Origin: a virus
Taxonomy: Duplodnaviria > Caudoviricetes
Virus record (IMG/VR): IMGVR_UViG_3300031998_000031
Coordinates: 32,001-96,000 of that record
DNA length: 64,000 nucleotides
Reading direction: 5' to 3' (one strand)
The position numbers and the translations under genes were made by a program. A model generated the notes under the pieces. The model was not told the DNA's origin and did not search any database. It saw only the letters and a list, made by a program, of their open reading frames with translations. The number at the start of each line of letters is the position of its first letter. The first letter of the stretch is position 1. Shown piece by piece: positions 40,103-49,460 of this stretch.

Positions 40103-40459
40103 ATGCATAACCTTTGTGAATATATTAAAAGGGAGCTGGATGTACTTGATGACAAGTCCGCTACATCCAAGCTGACCATGAATGAGATTGAATATGCGGA
40201 CCTGCTGTATCATCTTCTGAAGACTATGAAAGTCGTCTACGCTATGGACGATGGCGGTTATTCCGTCACCTATAGCGATTATAGCGAAAGAGGCTACGAC
40301 AGAGGTTACCACCACGAATATCCCAGATATTCGAGAGGAGGCTATTCAAGAGCCTCTAAGGATGATTTCCGCTCAATGCTTCAGGAAACGATGGATGCAG
40401 CGCCTGACGAACAAACGCGTCAGAAGATACAGCGTTTCATGACCGAAATGGACAGATAG
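40103..40459 (+). CDS. hypothetical protein
   Basis: GGAGG RBS; Tyr/Arg/Gly-rich middle. Confidence 0.75.
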   Translation: MHNLCEYIKRELDVLDDKSATSKLTMNEIEYADLLYHLLKTMKVVYAMDDGGYSVTYSDYSERGYDRGYHHEYPRYSRGGYSRASKDDFRSMLQETMDAAPDEQTRQKIQRFMTEMDR

Positions 40460-40483
40460 ATACGAGATTTCATGCTCCACAAT

Positions 40484-40527
40484 CAAGAAAAGCTCTTGAG
40501 GACTCAACGTTCTCAAGGGCTTTTCTT
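40484..40527 (+). terminator. intrinsic terminator
   Basis: AAGAAAAGCTCTTGAG...CTCAAGGGCTTTTCTT. Confidence 0.75.
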
Positions 40528-40564
40528 CGTTGTGTAACATGGATGCAGAATTGGAGGTACAAAA

Positions 40565-41692
40565 TTGGACGATATTGGCCGCATTGCTGTTGCGCGGTAT
40601 AAGAGACGTAGGCAACTTAGAATCGACGCTAAGGCTGAAGATTTAGACTGGATAACTCTTGAGAATGGAGAGCATGCGCCCATTGACTCGAATACCGGTG
40701 ATATTCTTGGGGGACCGTTAAAGGGGCGCTCTTTTAAAGACGCAAAGTCAGTCAAGCACACTCCAAAGAGCGCGGTATCGGCTGGCCGGAAGAAGTACGA
40801 TGATTATGTAAAGAAGGTCCGTCCATTAAAGGACCGTTTCAGTAAGATAGAGTCTGAGTTGGACGAAAAGCGGACAAAGTATATCGAGCTGTTCCACGAG
40901 GGAAAGCTTACACCGGAGCTAAAGTCTTCGATGGATGCAGAGATTAGCGCCCTTGAGTCTGAATATTCCAGCACAAAAGACACTATCGAACAGCTTGATA
41001 AAGATGTCTTTTCGAGCGAGGCATTTCAGGAAAATGCCAACGCGATTAAAGCTCTTATAGGCGAGAACAAAAAAGTCGACTTATCCGGCGTGGACTTTGA
41101 CCAGCAGGTGGCGATAGTCGACTCTGTAAAGACTGTAATCAACAAATATCCGAGCATGAAAGATGCTTTTTCTGGGATTACCGTTGAGGGCGTCGGCGAT
41201 GTGTTCGCGCAGCACTCTACTTTCATTGCAGCTTTCAATCCTTCAACTGGCTTGATTCATCTGAATACAGATTATTATGGTATTGGCAAAGTTGAATCGG
41301 CGCGTGAGGAGTATAATAAAGCACGTGAAAAGAAGTTTCATCCGGAAGGTGTGGGCTTTGAGAGCAGTGTTGTTCATGAGATGGGGCATGCCTTGGATAC
41401 ATTCTTGTCCAAGGAGCTGTTCGGAATGGACTACTACTGGAAAAGCGAACGCATCAGCCGAAGGATATGGAATACGGATATCAAGGCGATGAAAAAGGCC
41501 AAGGGCGGCGCATCCGTAATGAAGTCAGATATTGCAAATGTTCTGTGCGGCTACGCATCTGAATCGCCGGACGAATATCTTGCTGAAGGCTTTGCTGAAT
41601 ATATCTGTAGCTCGACGCCAAGAAAAACGGCCACGAAAATCGGACACAGAATCGAGCAGTATATTAAGAAGTATGAGAATAAGGGGTACTGA
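40565..41692 (+). CDS. zincin metallopeptidase-domain protein (putative virion-delivered toxin/effector)
   Basis: N-terminal WITLENGEHAPI motif; VVHEMGHALD; YASESPDEYLAEGF. Confidence 0.7.
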   Translation: MDDIGRIAVARYKRRRQLRIDAKAEDLDWITLENGEHAPIDSNTGDILGGPLKGRSFKDAKSVKHTPKSAVSAGRKKYDDYVKKVRPLKDRFSKIESELDEKRTKYIELFHEGKLTPELKSSMDAEISALESEYSSTKDTIEQLDKDVFSSEAFQENANAIKALIGENKKVDLSGVDFDQQVAIVDSVKTVINKYPSMKDAFSGITVEGVGDVFAQHSTFIAAFNPSTGLIHLNTDYYGIGKVESAREEYNKAREKKFHPEGVGFESSVVHEMGHALDTFLSKELFGMDYYWKSERISRRIWNTDIKAMKKAKGGASVMKSDIANVLCGYASESPDEYLAEGFAEYICSSTPRKTATKIGHRIEQYIKKYENKGY

Positions 41693-41694
41693 TT

Positions 41695-41865
41695 ATGATT
41701 GGAATAATGCCTAAGTTCTATGAGAGCGAATACTTTGTCCCGGAGGTCGGCAACTGGCATTTAAAGCCCGGTGCCCCTAAAGAGATTAAGGACGAATTTA
41801 ACACCTACATGAAGGAGCACAAAAAGTTCGAAGCTGAAATGGAAAAAGCGGCCCAGAAAAAGTAA
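41695..41865 (+). CDS. small protein, putative immunity/partner (56 aa; not in ORF track)
   Basis: MIGIMPKFYESEYFVPEVGNWHLKPGAPKEIKDEF..., immediately after the peptidase. Confidence 0.6.
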   Translation: MIGIMPKFYESEYFVPEVGNWHLKPGAPKEIKDEFNTYMKEHKKFEAEMEKAAQKK

Positions 41866-41884
41866 AGGTAATTACGTATTATTT

Positions 41885-41908
41885 AGGAGCGGTGTCCCGC
41901 TCCTTTTT
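41885..41908 (+). terminator. intrinsic terminator
   Basis: AGGAGCGG-TGTC-CCGCTCCT followed by TTTT. Confidence 0.75.
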
Positions 41909-41930
41909 GTTTTAAGGAGGGTGAAAAGAA

Positions 41931-42416
41931 TTGGACAATGCAGAAATCTACAAGAATACCGGGATAATATTGTTCCTTATCATCTCATGGTTCGTCGAGA
42001 TTCCGAAGGTAAAGCTTAATGTGTGGAAATGGATTGGACAGCAGATAGGCACGGTCCTAAATGCCAAACAGACTACAGAGATTAAAGCCTTTCAGGAGGA
42101 GGTCAAGTCCGAGCTGAAGGACATGAAGGCTGATATAGACACTACGAAGGCTGCCTTTGAGGATTATAAGCACGACAGGACGCTCAAAGACCTTAATGAC
42201 AAACGACAGCGCATATTGAGATTCAGTGATGAGATACGACGCAAGGAGCGTCACTCAGAGGAGATGTTCAACAGTATCTTGGAAGATATAGATGAGTATG
42301 AAAAATACTGCGACGACCACCCGAAATATCGAAACAACAAGGCTGACTTCGCTATAGCGAATGTTAAACGAGTTTATCAAAAAACGCTTGATGAGAACGA
42401 TTTTCTGAATGATTAA
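41931..42416 (+). CDS. lysis-module membrane-anchored protein
   Basis: N-terminal TM; RILRFSDE...DIDEYEKYC..HP.Y.NNK. Confidence 0.65.
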   Translation: MDNAEIYKNTGIILFLIISWFVEIPKVKLNVWKWIGQQIGTVLNAKQTTEIKAFQEEVKSELKDMKADIDTTKAAFEDYKHDRTLKDLNDKRQRILRFSDEIRRKERHSEEMFNSILEDIDEYEKYCDDHPKYRNNKADFAIANVKRVYQKTLDENDFLND

Positions 42417-42437
42417 AATTTTGTTGGAGGCGACGAA

Positions 42438-42833
42438 ATGAATATTTTAGAACTGATTGAAAAGAACCTGATAAATGTCGGTTGGGCGATGGCGATATTT
42501 TTGACAGCGTATCTGTCCAACATGTGCTTTTCGCTCTACCTCAATATCGGACTGTTGAAGCAGTCATTTGACAAGGAAAAATTCCTTAAGTCGGTAATCA
42601 AGGCAGCTGTCTTTATAGCCGGATTGGCGTTGCTCACCACTTCGGTCACGGTAATCCCACAGTTTGCAGAACTGATGTCTTGGACGATTCCCACGGAGTT
42701 CACTGAGATATTTTCCGGCATCGTAATAGTGGCTACGCTTTTGTACGTGACGTGCAGGTATGCAGTCGAGGCATTTCAGAAGTTTAAGGCTATCCTTGAT
42801 TATCCAGAGATAAAGGAGGGTTCCAATGTCTGA
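42438..42833 (+). CDS. holin
   Basis: Three hydrophobic segments; directly upstream of the endolysin. Confidence 0.7.
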   Translation: MNILELIEKNLINVGWAMAIFLTAYLSNMCFSLYLNIGLLKQSFDKEKFLKSVIKAAVFIAGLALLTTSVTVIPQFAELMSWTIPTEFTEIFSGIVIVATLLYVTCRYAVEAFQKFKAILDYPEIKEGSNV

Positions 42834-43593
42834 TTTTCCAAGATTGACACCGCCTGAAGCAGGCAACCTCTACTACAACAAGAAACATGATGATAAATAC
42901 TCTGCGGGGCTGGATGGATACAATCCGTGCATACTGGGCAATTACCCTTACAACTGTAAGAAGGAAGACAGGACAGGCTATCCCGGATTGACAGTGCTGA
43001 GTAACTGTACAGGATTCGTCACAGGCTGCTTCAACGAGGAAGGCGGATACGAAAAGTGCAAGTATCTTGGCGACTTCATGGCGTATTACATGATAACTGC
43101 CGCAAAAAAGCAAGGGCTTGAGATAGGTGAGAAACCCAAGCTTGGAGCCGTCATGTGCTGGGGCGGAGGAAACGGTCACGTAGCCATTGTGGCCCATGTA
43201 ATAGATGAGAACACTGTCTATACCAGCGAGAGCGGATGGAATTCTGAGAAGCTGATGTGGAATCAGATTCGCAAAAAGGGCAATGGCAGATGGGGACAAT
43301 CCTCTCACACGTTCCAAGGCTTCATATACAACCCGGACATAGTATTCGGTACCTGTCCGTATACTCAGCCGCTCACACCTATCACCAAGGGCGCTAAGGG
43401 CGATTCCGCAAGATGGATGCAGTGGCATCTAAATTGGTACAACTACGGTCTTGCGGTCGACGGCAGTTTTGGCCCCGCATCACTGGAGGCCCTCAAGGAC
43501 TTCCAGAGCAAAAATGGGATACCTGTAACCGGATATCTGGATGAGCTTACACGCGCAAAACTCATAGTCAGTTTGCCATGGAATAGGAGGTAG
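42826..43593 (+). CDS. endolysin, CHAP domain plus peptidoglycan-binding domain
   Basis: SNCTG, GHVAIV, SESGW; C-terminal VDGSFGP..ALKDFQ. Confidence 0.9.
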   Translation: MSDFPRLTPPEAGNLYYNKKHDDKYSAGLDGYNPCILGNYPYNCKKEDRTGYPGLTVLSNCTGFVTGCFNEEGGYEKCKYLGDFMAYYMITAAKKQGLEIGEKPKLGAVMCWGGGNGHVAIVAHVIDENTVYTSESGWNSEKLMWNQIRKKGNGRWGQSSHTFQGFIYNPDIVFGTCPYTQPLTPITKGAKGDSARWMQWHLNWYNYGLAVDGSFGPASLEALKDFQSKNGIPVTGYLDELTRAKLIVSLPWNRR

Positions 43594-43595
43594 TA

Positions 43596-44387
43596 ATGTC
43601 GTACAACATCATGCTTTTTGAGCCCGAAATCGTGGATAAAGCATGGTTCGCGGGTCAGGCATACCGGCAAAGAGTCACAAAGACCGTTAAAGACTGGTGC
43701 ATTCAGGAGAATGCGGACCTATGCTTCAATCTGGGCATCTTTGGCCTATCGACCGGCTTAGGTTGTTCCTATGTCAGAGCAAAAGGCAAGGACATCGCCT
43801 ACGGAAGCGAAAAACCTCACATACTTACTCTTAATGAGGCTAACCAGTGCAGAGGCTATTCCGACGGAATCGTCGAGCAGAAGATTAGCATCAACGTACC
43901 CATGGGCGGGACCCGTACCAGAAACGGTGTGGGTATGACATACGACGGAACTATCATCGTTGCGCAGACTGACCATGGAGTTACGGAAGCTGTGTTCTGC
44001 AACACGGTCAACAACTTCGTCAAGGACCGTGGCAAGGCTGTAAGGCTGTTCACGCTGCAAGATGGCGGAATGAGCACGCAAGAGTATTCTGCGCTGTCAT
44101 CGCTGAATTTCGCGCCTGAGCGTGGCCGCCCTGTCGCGAACGTCCTGTGCATAAAGCTCAAGCGCGGCATCATTATAACGCAACCTGTTTACAAGGATGT
44201 AAAAGGACGCAACGCGGAGCTTGTCCAGATTGCTGTTGGCGGAATCAGCTGCGATAGAAGATGTGGCCCTGCAACCGCAGCAAGAATCAAAGCTGCGCAA
44301 AAAGCGTGGGGCTGGGATACTCCGCTCCAGTGCGGCGTGGCCAGCTACTTGACGCTCAAGAAACTTGGCTTTGTCATAGGCTTTTAA
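43596..44387 (+). CDS. phosphodiester-glycosidase (NAGPA/DUF2233)-like protein with degenerate PG-binding domain
   Basis: RTRNGVGMTYDG and LQDGGMST (compare LDGGGST). Confidence 0.5.
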   Translation: MSYNIMLFEPEIVDKAWFAGQAYRQRVTKTVKDWCIQENADLCFNLGIFGLSTGLGCSYVRAKGKDIAYGSEKPHILTLNEANQCRGYSDGIVEQKISINVPMGGTRTRNGVGMTYDGTIIVAQTDHGVTEAVFCNTVNNFVKDRGKAVRLFTLQDGGMSTQEYSALSSLNFAPERGRPVANVLCIKLKRGIIITQPVYKDVKGRNAELVQIAVGGISCDRRCGPATAARIKAAQKAWGWDTPLQCGVASYLTLKKLGFVIGF

Positions 44388-44493
44388 TTTAATAGGCATA
44401 TTCGGGGCTGGCCTCCACCCCGATATGTTCGCTGCCCGTGCTGCCGTATCCCCAGACGGCTGCCTCTGAAAAACGGGCGGCGATATATACATC

Positions 44494-44530
44494 CCCTGCT
44501 TCGGCTTTTCGCCGGGGCAGGGCTTTTTTT
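44494..44530 (+). terminator. terminator ending the late operon
   Basis: CCCTGCTTCGGC...GCCGGGGCAGGG followed by a T7 run. Confidence 0.8.
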
Positions 44531-44566
44531 GTTGCAATTATCAATTATATCTGACTAAAATATCCT

Positions 44567-44604
44567 AAAACGCTTGACAATATATAAGTTGTATGGTATA
44601 TTAT
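44567..44604 (+). promoter_or_regulatory. early sigma-A-type promoter P1
   Basis: AAAACGC-TTGACA-17nt-(TG n)TATATT-AT. Confidence 0.8.
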
Positions 44605-44638
44605 CCATAGAGGGGATGACCCTGAAAGGAGATTAAAT

Positions 44639-44803
44639 ATGTGCTACGTGGTTAGAAAATCAGACAATATGGTACTCAACAGGATAGATGCATGGGAGCT
44701 CGATTCTGTGGGAACCATGAGACGATGGGCTCAGGATAACGGATTCAGCGTGATTGACGAGGAGATTACCGTTTTCGGTAACATGATTATCTGGGTAGAG
44801 TAG
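44639..44803 (+). CDS. hypothetical protein (54 aa; not in ORF track)
   Basis: AAAGGAG RBS downstream of P1. Confidence 0.65.
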   Translation: MCYVVRKSDNMVLNRIDAWELDSVGTMRRWAQDNGFSVIDEEITVFGNMIIWVE

Positions 44804-44813
44804 GGGGCACTTG

Positions 44814-44993
44814 ATGATGAAGACTTACAGAGATTTTTACGGAGCGCATGCTTGTATCAGAACGATGAGAGATGGCTCGGCAAGACTTACCGTTAGAGTC
44901 TGCGGTAAACTGATATATGCTAAAAATTATCAGACCGAACGCGGCGCAAAAATCGCGATGGGGAAGCTCGGCGATGGCTGGCACGAAAAATAA
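44814..44993 (+). CDS. hypothetical protein
   Basis: ORF in the early operon. Confidence 0.65.
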   Translation: MMKTYRDFYGAHACIRTMRDGSARLTVRVCGKLIYAKNYQTERGAKIAMGKLGDGWHEK

Positions 44994-45004
44994 GGAGGCT
45001 GACG

Positions 45005-45256
45005 ATGAAGAGTTGCTCGAATTGCAAGAGAAGATTCTTTAAGGGCTGGGATGGCTGCTGGGAGAGCTGTCTATGGTATGAGATGGCGGGGACCGAGGAG
45101 GACATGATAGAGACCGCCAAAGACTGCTGCAAGTACGAGGAAGGCGAACCTGAGGGCTTAAATGAGCCGGAATACAGGCCGTCGGCGACAAATAGGGATT
45201 ACGGTCCGAGCAATCCTTGGGATGCACCGGGGATGAGCATTCACGATTTTATCTAA
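45005..45256 (+). CDS. Cys-rich hypothetical protein
   Basis: AGGAGG RBS; DYGPSNPWDAPGMS. Confidence 0.7.
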   Translation: MKSCSNCKRRFFKGWDGCWESCLWYEMAGTEEDMIETAKDCCKYEEGEPEGLNEPEYRPSATNRDYGPSNPWDAPGMSIHDFI

Positions 45257-45267
45257 GGAGGTTTGCA

Positions 45268-45645
45268 ATGAACGAATGGGAAAAGTTGTTCTCAAAGACT
45301 CTCAAAATGCTGGATTTCGGGCTTGGTAAAGACGAAGAAGGATACTTCCTTACAGATTATCTCGGAGCAAATCCCGGCAATATCGAGGCTGATAGATTCG
45401 ATACTCCAGAGGGCATAGTTGATAGGATGGGTATCTATTGGAAGGACTATCTCTACGACGGTTTGGAGCGCGAGTTCCATGAAGATGGCTATGTAGATTC
45501 GGTCCCCTGTACTGATGAAGAATGGTACGACTTCATGACCGCATATCCACCTTTCATAAAGAAGCACCAGTTCGAGTTCAATATAATCGACATGTTCTGC
45601 AATCATCTTGGAGATATAGCATTAGAAAATTGTATAGATGAATAA
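45268..45645 (+). CDS. hypothetical protein
   Basis: AGGAGG RBS. Confidence 0.7.
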   Translation: MNEWEKLFSKTLKMLDFGLGKDEEGYFLTDYLGANPGNIEADRFDTPEGIVDRMGIYWKDYLYDGLEREFHEDGYVDSVPCTDEEWYDFMTAYPPFIKKHQFEFNIIDMFCNHLGDIALENCIDE

Positions 45646-46216
45646 AGAGGAAAAGATTATGGAGTTTAACAGAATCATCAACAAGGATTTCGTTCTCAAG
45701 AACGCAGTATTCGGAATGCAGAGAAAGACAGACGCTGACTTTATCAAAAAGGACACGGAGTTCGAAGACATTGAATGTTTCGTGATAGTCCCCTTCATCG
45801 AAGACGGCATTACAGGATGTTGTAAACTCATGAGGAATAGTCTCGAACTTATCGGGTTGAGCGAGGACGAGCTTTTTGAAGCAGCACAGAAGAACACAAT
45901 TGAAAAATCCGAGCTTATTAGTATGAGCGATGCTCTTGGGTTTCCTGTTCCCGGCAATATGACAGTCCTCACTAACAAGCTTAGGTACAGAGGCGCAGGC
46001 TCAATCTTTAACAAGGCTAAAATCAAGGAGTACGCTGATTCTTGTTCCGTAGACAAGGTAGTAGCCATCCCGTCCAGCATAGATGAATGGATTCTTATTC
46101 CGTATACCAGTGACGAGGACGTAAATGCACTTAAAGGTGTCATACATTTTGTTAACGCCAATGAAGTCAAAGACGAGGAACAGCTCGGAGACAGAGCATA
46201 TATACTGGAGGCTTAA
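45638..46216 (+). CDS. DUF5688-like protein
   Basis: MTVLTNK..GA, IPSSIDEWILIP, V..VNANEV motifs. Confidence 0.6.
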   Translation: MNKEEKIMEFNRIINKDFVLKNAVFGMQRKTDADFIKKDTEFEDIECFVIVPFIEDGITGCCKLMRNSLELIGLSEDELFEAAQKNTIEKSELISMSDALGFPVPGNMTVLTNKLRYRGAGSIFNKAKIKEYADSCSVDKVVAIPSSIDEWILIPYTSDEDVNALKGVIHFVNANEVKDEEQLGDRAYILEA

Positions 46217-46248
46217 TTAGATAGACTTGGCGAGTATGACTGGAAGGA

Positions 46249-46575
46249 GTGAATATGGCGAGATTAAAGCGGTATAGCAGGGTCTACAAGGTAGGCGACA
46301 TGCGATTCAGGTACGACAAGGAAAATTGCATCCTTGAGTATGTAAGGAAGGTGGATGCGCAGCTTGGCGCGATGATAACGAGGGAGAATGAGGAGTGGCG
46401 AGCCGAATTCGGCGATGACCTCTGGGAGGTCCGCGAAGGCTATGTGGTCATCTCTGAGATTGGACTCACGCGTGAGTCTTGGGATGAAAGCCCAAAGTGG
46501 TGGTGCGAGGTGTATGCTGATGAGCTTAGGCGTGAAGTTCAGGGCTATATAAATGAGTTCGTAAAGGAGGGCTGA
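46249..46575 (+). CDS. hypothetical protein
   Basis: ORF with RBS. Confidence 0.65.
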   Translation: MNMARLKRYSRVYKVGDMRFRYDKENCILEYVRKVDAQLGAMITRENEEWRAEFGDDLWEVREGYVVISEIGLTRESWDESPKWWCEVYADELRREVQGYINEFVKEG

Positions 46576-46578
46576 CAG

Positions 46579-46800
46579 ATGGACAGAATCTTCAGAATGG
46601 AAAAGATGGTATCGAGGCTGACTGCTGAGGGTCGCAAGGATGAAATCAGGCCCGAAGACTATGAGCTGATGAAAGAGCTCGATGGGAAGAAGGGGAGCGA
46701 CTACAACTTCAGGTCGGTCGTTTATGGAGAGAATGTAGTATGGATTGATTGCGATGGCGGCATCGATGGCGTGTACGTAAACGCTGCGGACTGCGAGTGA
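46579..46800 (+). CDS. hypothetical protein
   Basis: AGGAGG RBS. Confidence 0.7.
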   Translation: MDRIFRMEKMVSRLTAEGRKDEIRPEDYELMKELDGKKGSDYNFRSVVYGENVVWIDCDGGIDGVYVNAADCE

Positions 46801-46834
46801 AAGAAAAACTCCGTCTGTACGATATTAATATACT

Positions 46835-46872
46835 AAAACACTTGACGGATAATAAGTTATATGATATATTAT
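46835..46872 (+). promoter_or_regulatory. early promoter P2
   Basis: AAAACAC-TTGACG-17nt-(TG n)TATATT-AT. Confidence 0.8.
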
Positions 46873-46893
46873 AGGTACAGGGAGGAACGTTGA

Positions 46894-48183
46894 ATGGAAA
46901 GATACGCAATACTGGAAGATAACATCGAACGCGTCGAGAAGAAGATTCTCACCGTTCAGAATAAATGCGCCAAGTACGGATGCGCCTTCAATTACAGAAG
47001 AGTCGGCGAGGAGTTCAAGACTCTCGTAGACGGCTTAGGCAACACTCATTACGCAAAGTTCATCATAGTCGAAGCGGAAGGCATCGCACTCATCAATGAC
47101 TGGGAGTTCGTTGCGGCGGTAGACCATACCGAAGCTGGCAATGTAGTCAGGAAGTCGATAGAAGATGCGGAGATACCGGAAAGATACTTCACATCCGCTC
47201 CGAAATGCGAGCACTGTGGCTCGCCTCTTATCCACAGTTATCTTGTCAGGAACACGAAGACAGGAGAATACAAGCAGGTCGGTAGCACTTGCCTCAAAGA
47301 CTTCACTTGCGGCATGGACGCATCGGCGATTGCGGCGTTCTACTCGGCATTCGACAAGCTGATAGAGGGTGAAGCTCCAATGGAAGGTGGCTTCAAGTTC
47401 TACTACGAGACTGAAGAGATGCTCCAGATTGCGGCGGAGACAGTAAGGAGATTCGGATACAGGAGCTCTTCAGAATATTATTCAGGAAGCACAAAAGAGC
47501 GTGTAAGTGAAATCTGGAGCTGGAAGAGGAACAGACTGATGCCTGCAACTCAGGAGTATTACGACGAGGAGCTCGAAAAGGTCGGCTTCAATGAAATGAG
47601 TGACGAGAACATAGCTTATGTGCATGATGCTCTTGAATGGCTTAGTGAGCAGGAGGCAAGCACAGACTACATGAACAACCTGAAGGTCATCTGCTCGATG
47701 CAGTATCTCGACCCGAAACACCTCGGCTACCTCGTGAGCCTTTTCGCCTGCTATAACAGATACCTCTCAAAGAAGGAAGAGCAGGACAGGAAGAACGCCG
47801 AAGCCGCAAAGGAAGCTCAGGTCTCAAAGCATGTTGGAGAGCTCGGAGAAAGATTAGAGTTCATAATCGGTTCTGTCACCTGCGTCACCGGATGGGAGAC
47901 TCAGTGGGGCTACACCTACCTGTATCGAATCAAGGATGTAGATGGCAATGTCTTCATTTGGAAGACCAGCAAGTTCATCGATAGCGACGAGGAGCTCGGC
48001 AACATCCTCCGTGGAACAGTCAAGGAACACTCCGAATACAACGGAGTCCATCAGACGGTACTTACCAACTGCACCATTAAGGAAAACAAGGCGAAAATGC
48101 CCGAAGAGCATCCTGCATATACAGGCGAATGCGAGAAGGCTTTTAATGAAGCCTATGACATACTCCAATCTGGTGTATTGTGA
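46894..48183 (+). CDS. conserved phage protein with Zn-finger and C-terminal OB-like domain
   Basis: CEHC...QVGSTC; GTVKEHSEYNGVHQT. Confidence 0.7.
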   Translation: MERYAILEDNIERVEKKILTVQNKCAKYGCAFNYRRVGEEFKTLVDGLGNTHYAKFIIVEAEGIALINDWEFVAAVDHTEAGNVVRKSIEDAEIPERYFTSAPKCEHCGSPLIHSYLVRNTKTGEYKQVGSTCLKDFTCGMDASAIAAFYSAFDKLIEGEAPMEGGFKFYYETEEMLQIAAETVRRFGYRSSSEYYSGSTKERVSEIWSWKRNRLMPATQEYYDEELEKVGFNEMSDENIAYVHDALEWLSEQEASTDYMNNLKVICSMQYLDPKHLGYLVSLFACYNRYLSKKEEQDRKNAEAAKEAQVSKHVGELGERLEFIIGSVTCVTGWETQWGYTYLYRIKDVDGNVFIWKTSKFIDSDEELGNILRGTVKEHSEYNGVHQTVLTNCTIKENKAKMPEEHPAYTGECEKAFNEAYDILQSGVL

Positions 48184-48196
48184 CGGAGGCAATGTA

Positions 48197-48355
48197 ATGG
48201 TATCTAAAATCCCAAAGTTTGATGAAAGATTCGCTGCCCATTTGTTCGTAGAATTTATGCTCGGTAATGACTTGTCTGAGGAAGACAGGCTTAAGGTAAT
48301 AGAACAATGGAACGCAGAACACCGAAAAAAAGGCCGTAGAAATATCTCTAAGTAG
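48197..48355 (+). CDS. hypothetical protein
   Basis: GGAGG RBS before MVSKIP. Confidence 0.55.
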   Translation: MVSKIPKFDERFAAHLFVEFMLGNDLSEEDRLKVIEQWNAEHRKKGRRNISK

Positions 48356-48387
48356 CATTTTTTAACAGAGTTGCATAGGAGGACAAG

Positions 48388-48810
48388 ATGGGTAAGAGAA
48401 ACGATAAGCTCAACGAATTAGTAAACACGTATCAGGAATGTGCTGCATGGAATCTGGTCAACGACAAGATAAGCAAGGCATTCGATGACCCCTCATTCAG
48501 CTTAGATATGCTGTTGGAGGAAGAAGAGCGCAGATTAGATGCTCCCATCGCAAGGATAAGATATGAGGAGAGCGACCTGAACGGTGGTCGTGACGGTGGA
48601 GAGATTATAGTCGAGATAAGGCAGGCATACGAGGAGAAGTTCAGCTTCGAAAGTTCGTACAAGGTCTTTATGACAGACTTCCCAGACGGCAAGAAGTATC
48701 CGTTGATTTCGTACAACATCGTGCGGAAGATAGCTCATCTCGACCAGTACGGCTACCGAATCGTCTATCAATGCTCGATGATGGACGGCCCCTCTGAAAG
48801 AAGATATTAA
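48388..48810 (+). CDS. hypothetical protein
   Basis: AGGAGG RBS. Confidence 0.7.
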   Translation: MGKRNDKLNELVNTYQECAAWNLVNDKISKAFDDPSFSLDMLLEEEERRLDAPIARIRYEESDLNGGRDGGEIIVEIRQAYEEKFSFESSYKVFMTDFPDGKKYPLISYNIVRKIAHLDQYGYRIVYQCSMMDGPSERRY

Positions 48811-48823
48811 GGAGGGGCTACAG

Positions 48824-48979
48824 ATGCAGTATTGCGGATATGAGATAGAGTATATCGAACACAGGAATGATTACAGAGTATATGACCCTGCTCATTGTGC
48901 ATGGACCATCGCCTACGTTGATAGCGTTCAGGAAGCCATACAGGGCATAGACGAGATGCTTGGAAGGAGGGAGAGATGA
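48824..48979 (+). CDS. hypothetical protein (51 aa; not in ORF track)
   Basis: AGGAGG RBS; ATGA overlap with the next gene. Confidence 0.6.
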   Translation: MQYCGYEIEYIEHRNDYRVYDPAHCAWTIAYVDSVQEAIQGIDEMLGRRER

Positions 48980-49224
48980 TTCGGATTAAGGAACACTATA
49001 CAGTCTATGGATGGTTCTGGAACCACTGGAACAATCGCTATGAGAAAACGGTCATTGCGACGCGTGATACTTTTGCAGAAGCGCTTGCGGTCTATGATGC
49101 GATGGAGATAAGCGCAGATTTGCCACAGGTCGAATTGTGGTTCGAGTATTCCGATGGTTCCGAGAGAATGCGCATGAAGGATTCCGCAGGCGAATACGCC
49201 GATGACAGATTGAAGGTTGTTTAA
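48976..49224 (+). CDS. hypothetical protein
   Basis: AGGAGG RBS. Confidence 0.7.
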   Translation: MIRIKEHYTVYGWFWNHWNNRYEKTVIATRDTFAEALAVYDAMEISADLPQVELWFEYSDGSERMRMKDSAGEYADDRLKVV

Positions 49225-49234
49225 ATTATTTGAT

Positions 49235-49257
49235 GACCAGCTTCGGCTGGTCTTTTT
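49235..49257 (+). terminator. intrinsic terminator
   Basis: GACCAGC-TTCG-GCTGGTC followed by TTTTT. Confidence 0.85.
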
Positions 49258-49284
49258 ATTGTTTAAAAATGATAAAAATATCCT

Positions 49285-49322
49285 AAAACGCTTGACGGTA
49301 TATAAGGAATATGATATATTAT
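49285..49322 (+). promoter_or_regulatory. early promoter P3
   Basis: AAAACGC-TTGACG-17nt-(TG n)TATATT-AT. Confidence 0.8.
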
Positions 49323-49460
49323 GTGTGGGGGTGGTAAGGCCCCTGAGGGTCTGTCAGGATGGCAGCTCGGAAGGACGCGCTTCGGTTGTTCAGCGGTCAA
49401 TCGGGGAGCGCGAACGGGACAGCAAATGCTGACGGAACAAAGTGCTTAGGAGGTAATGAT

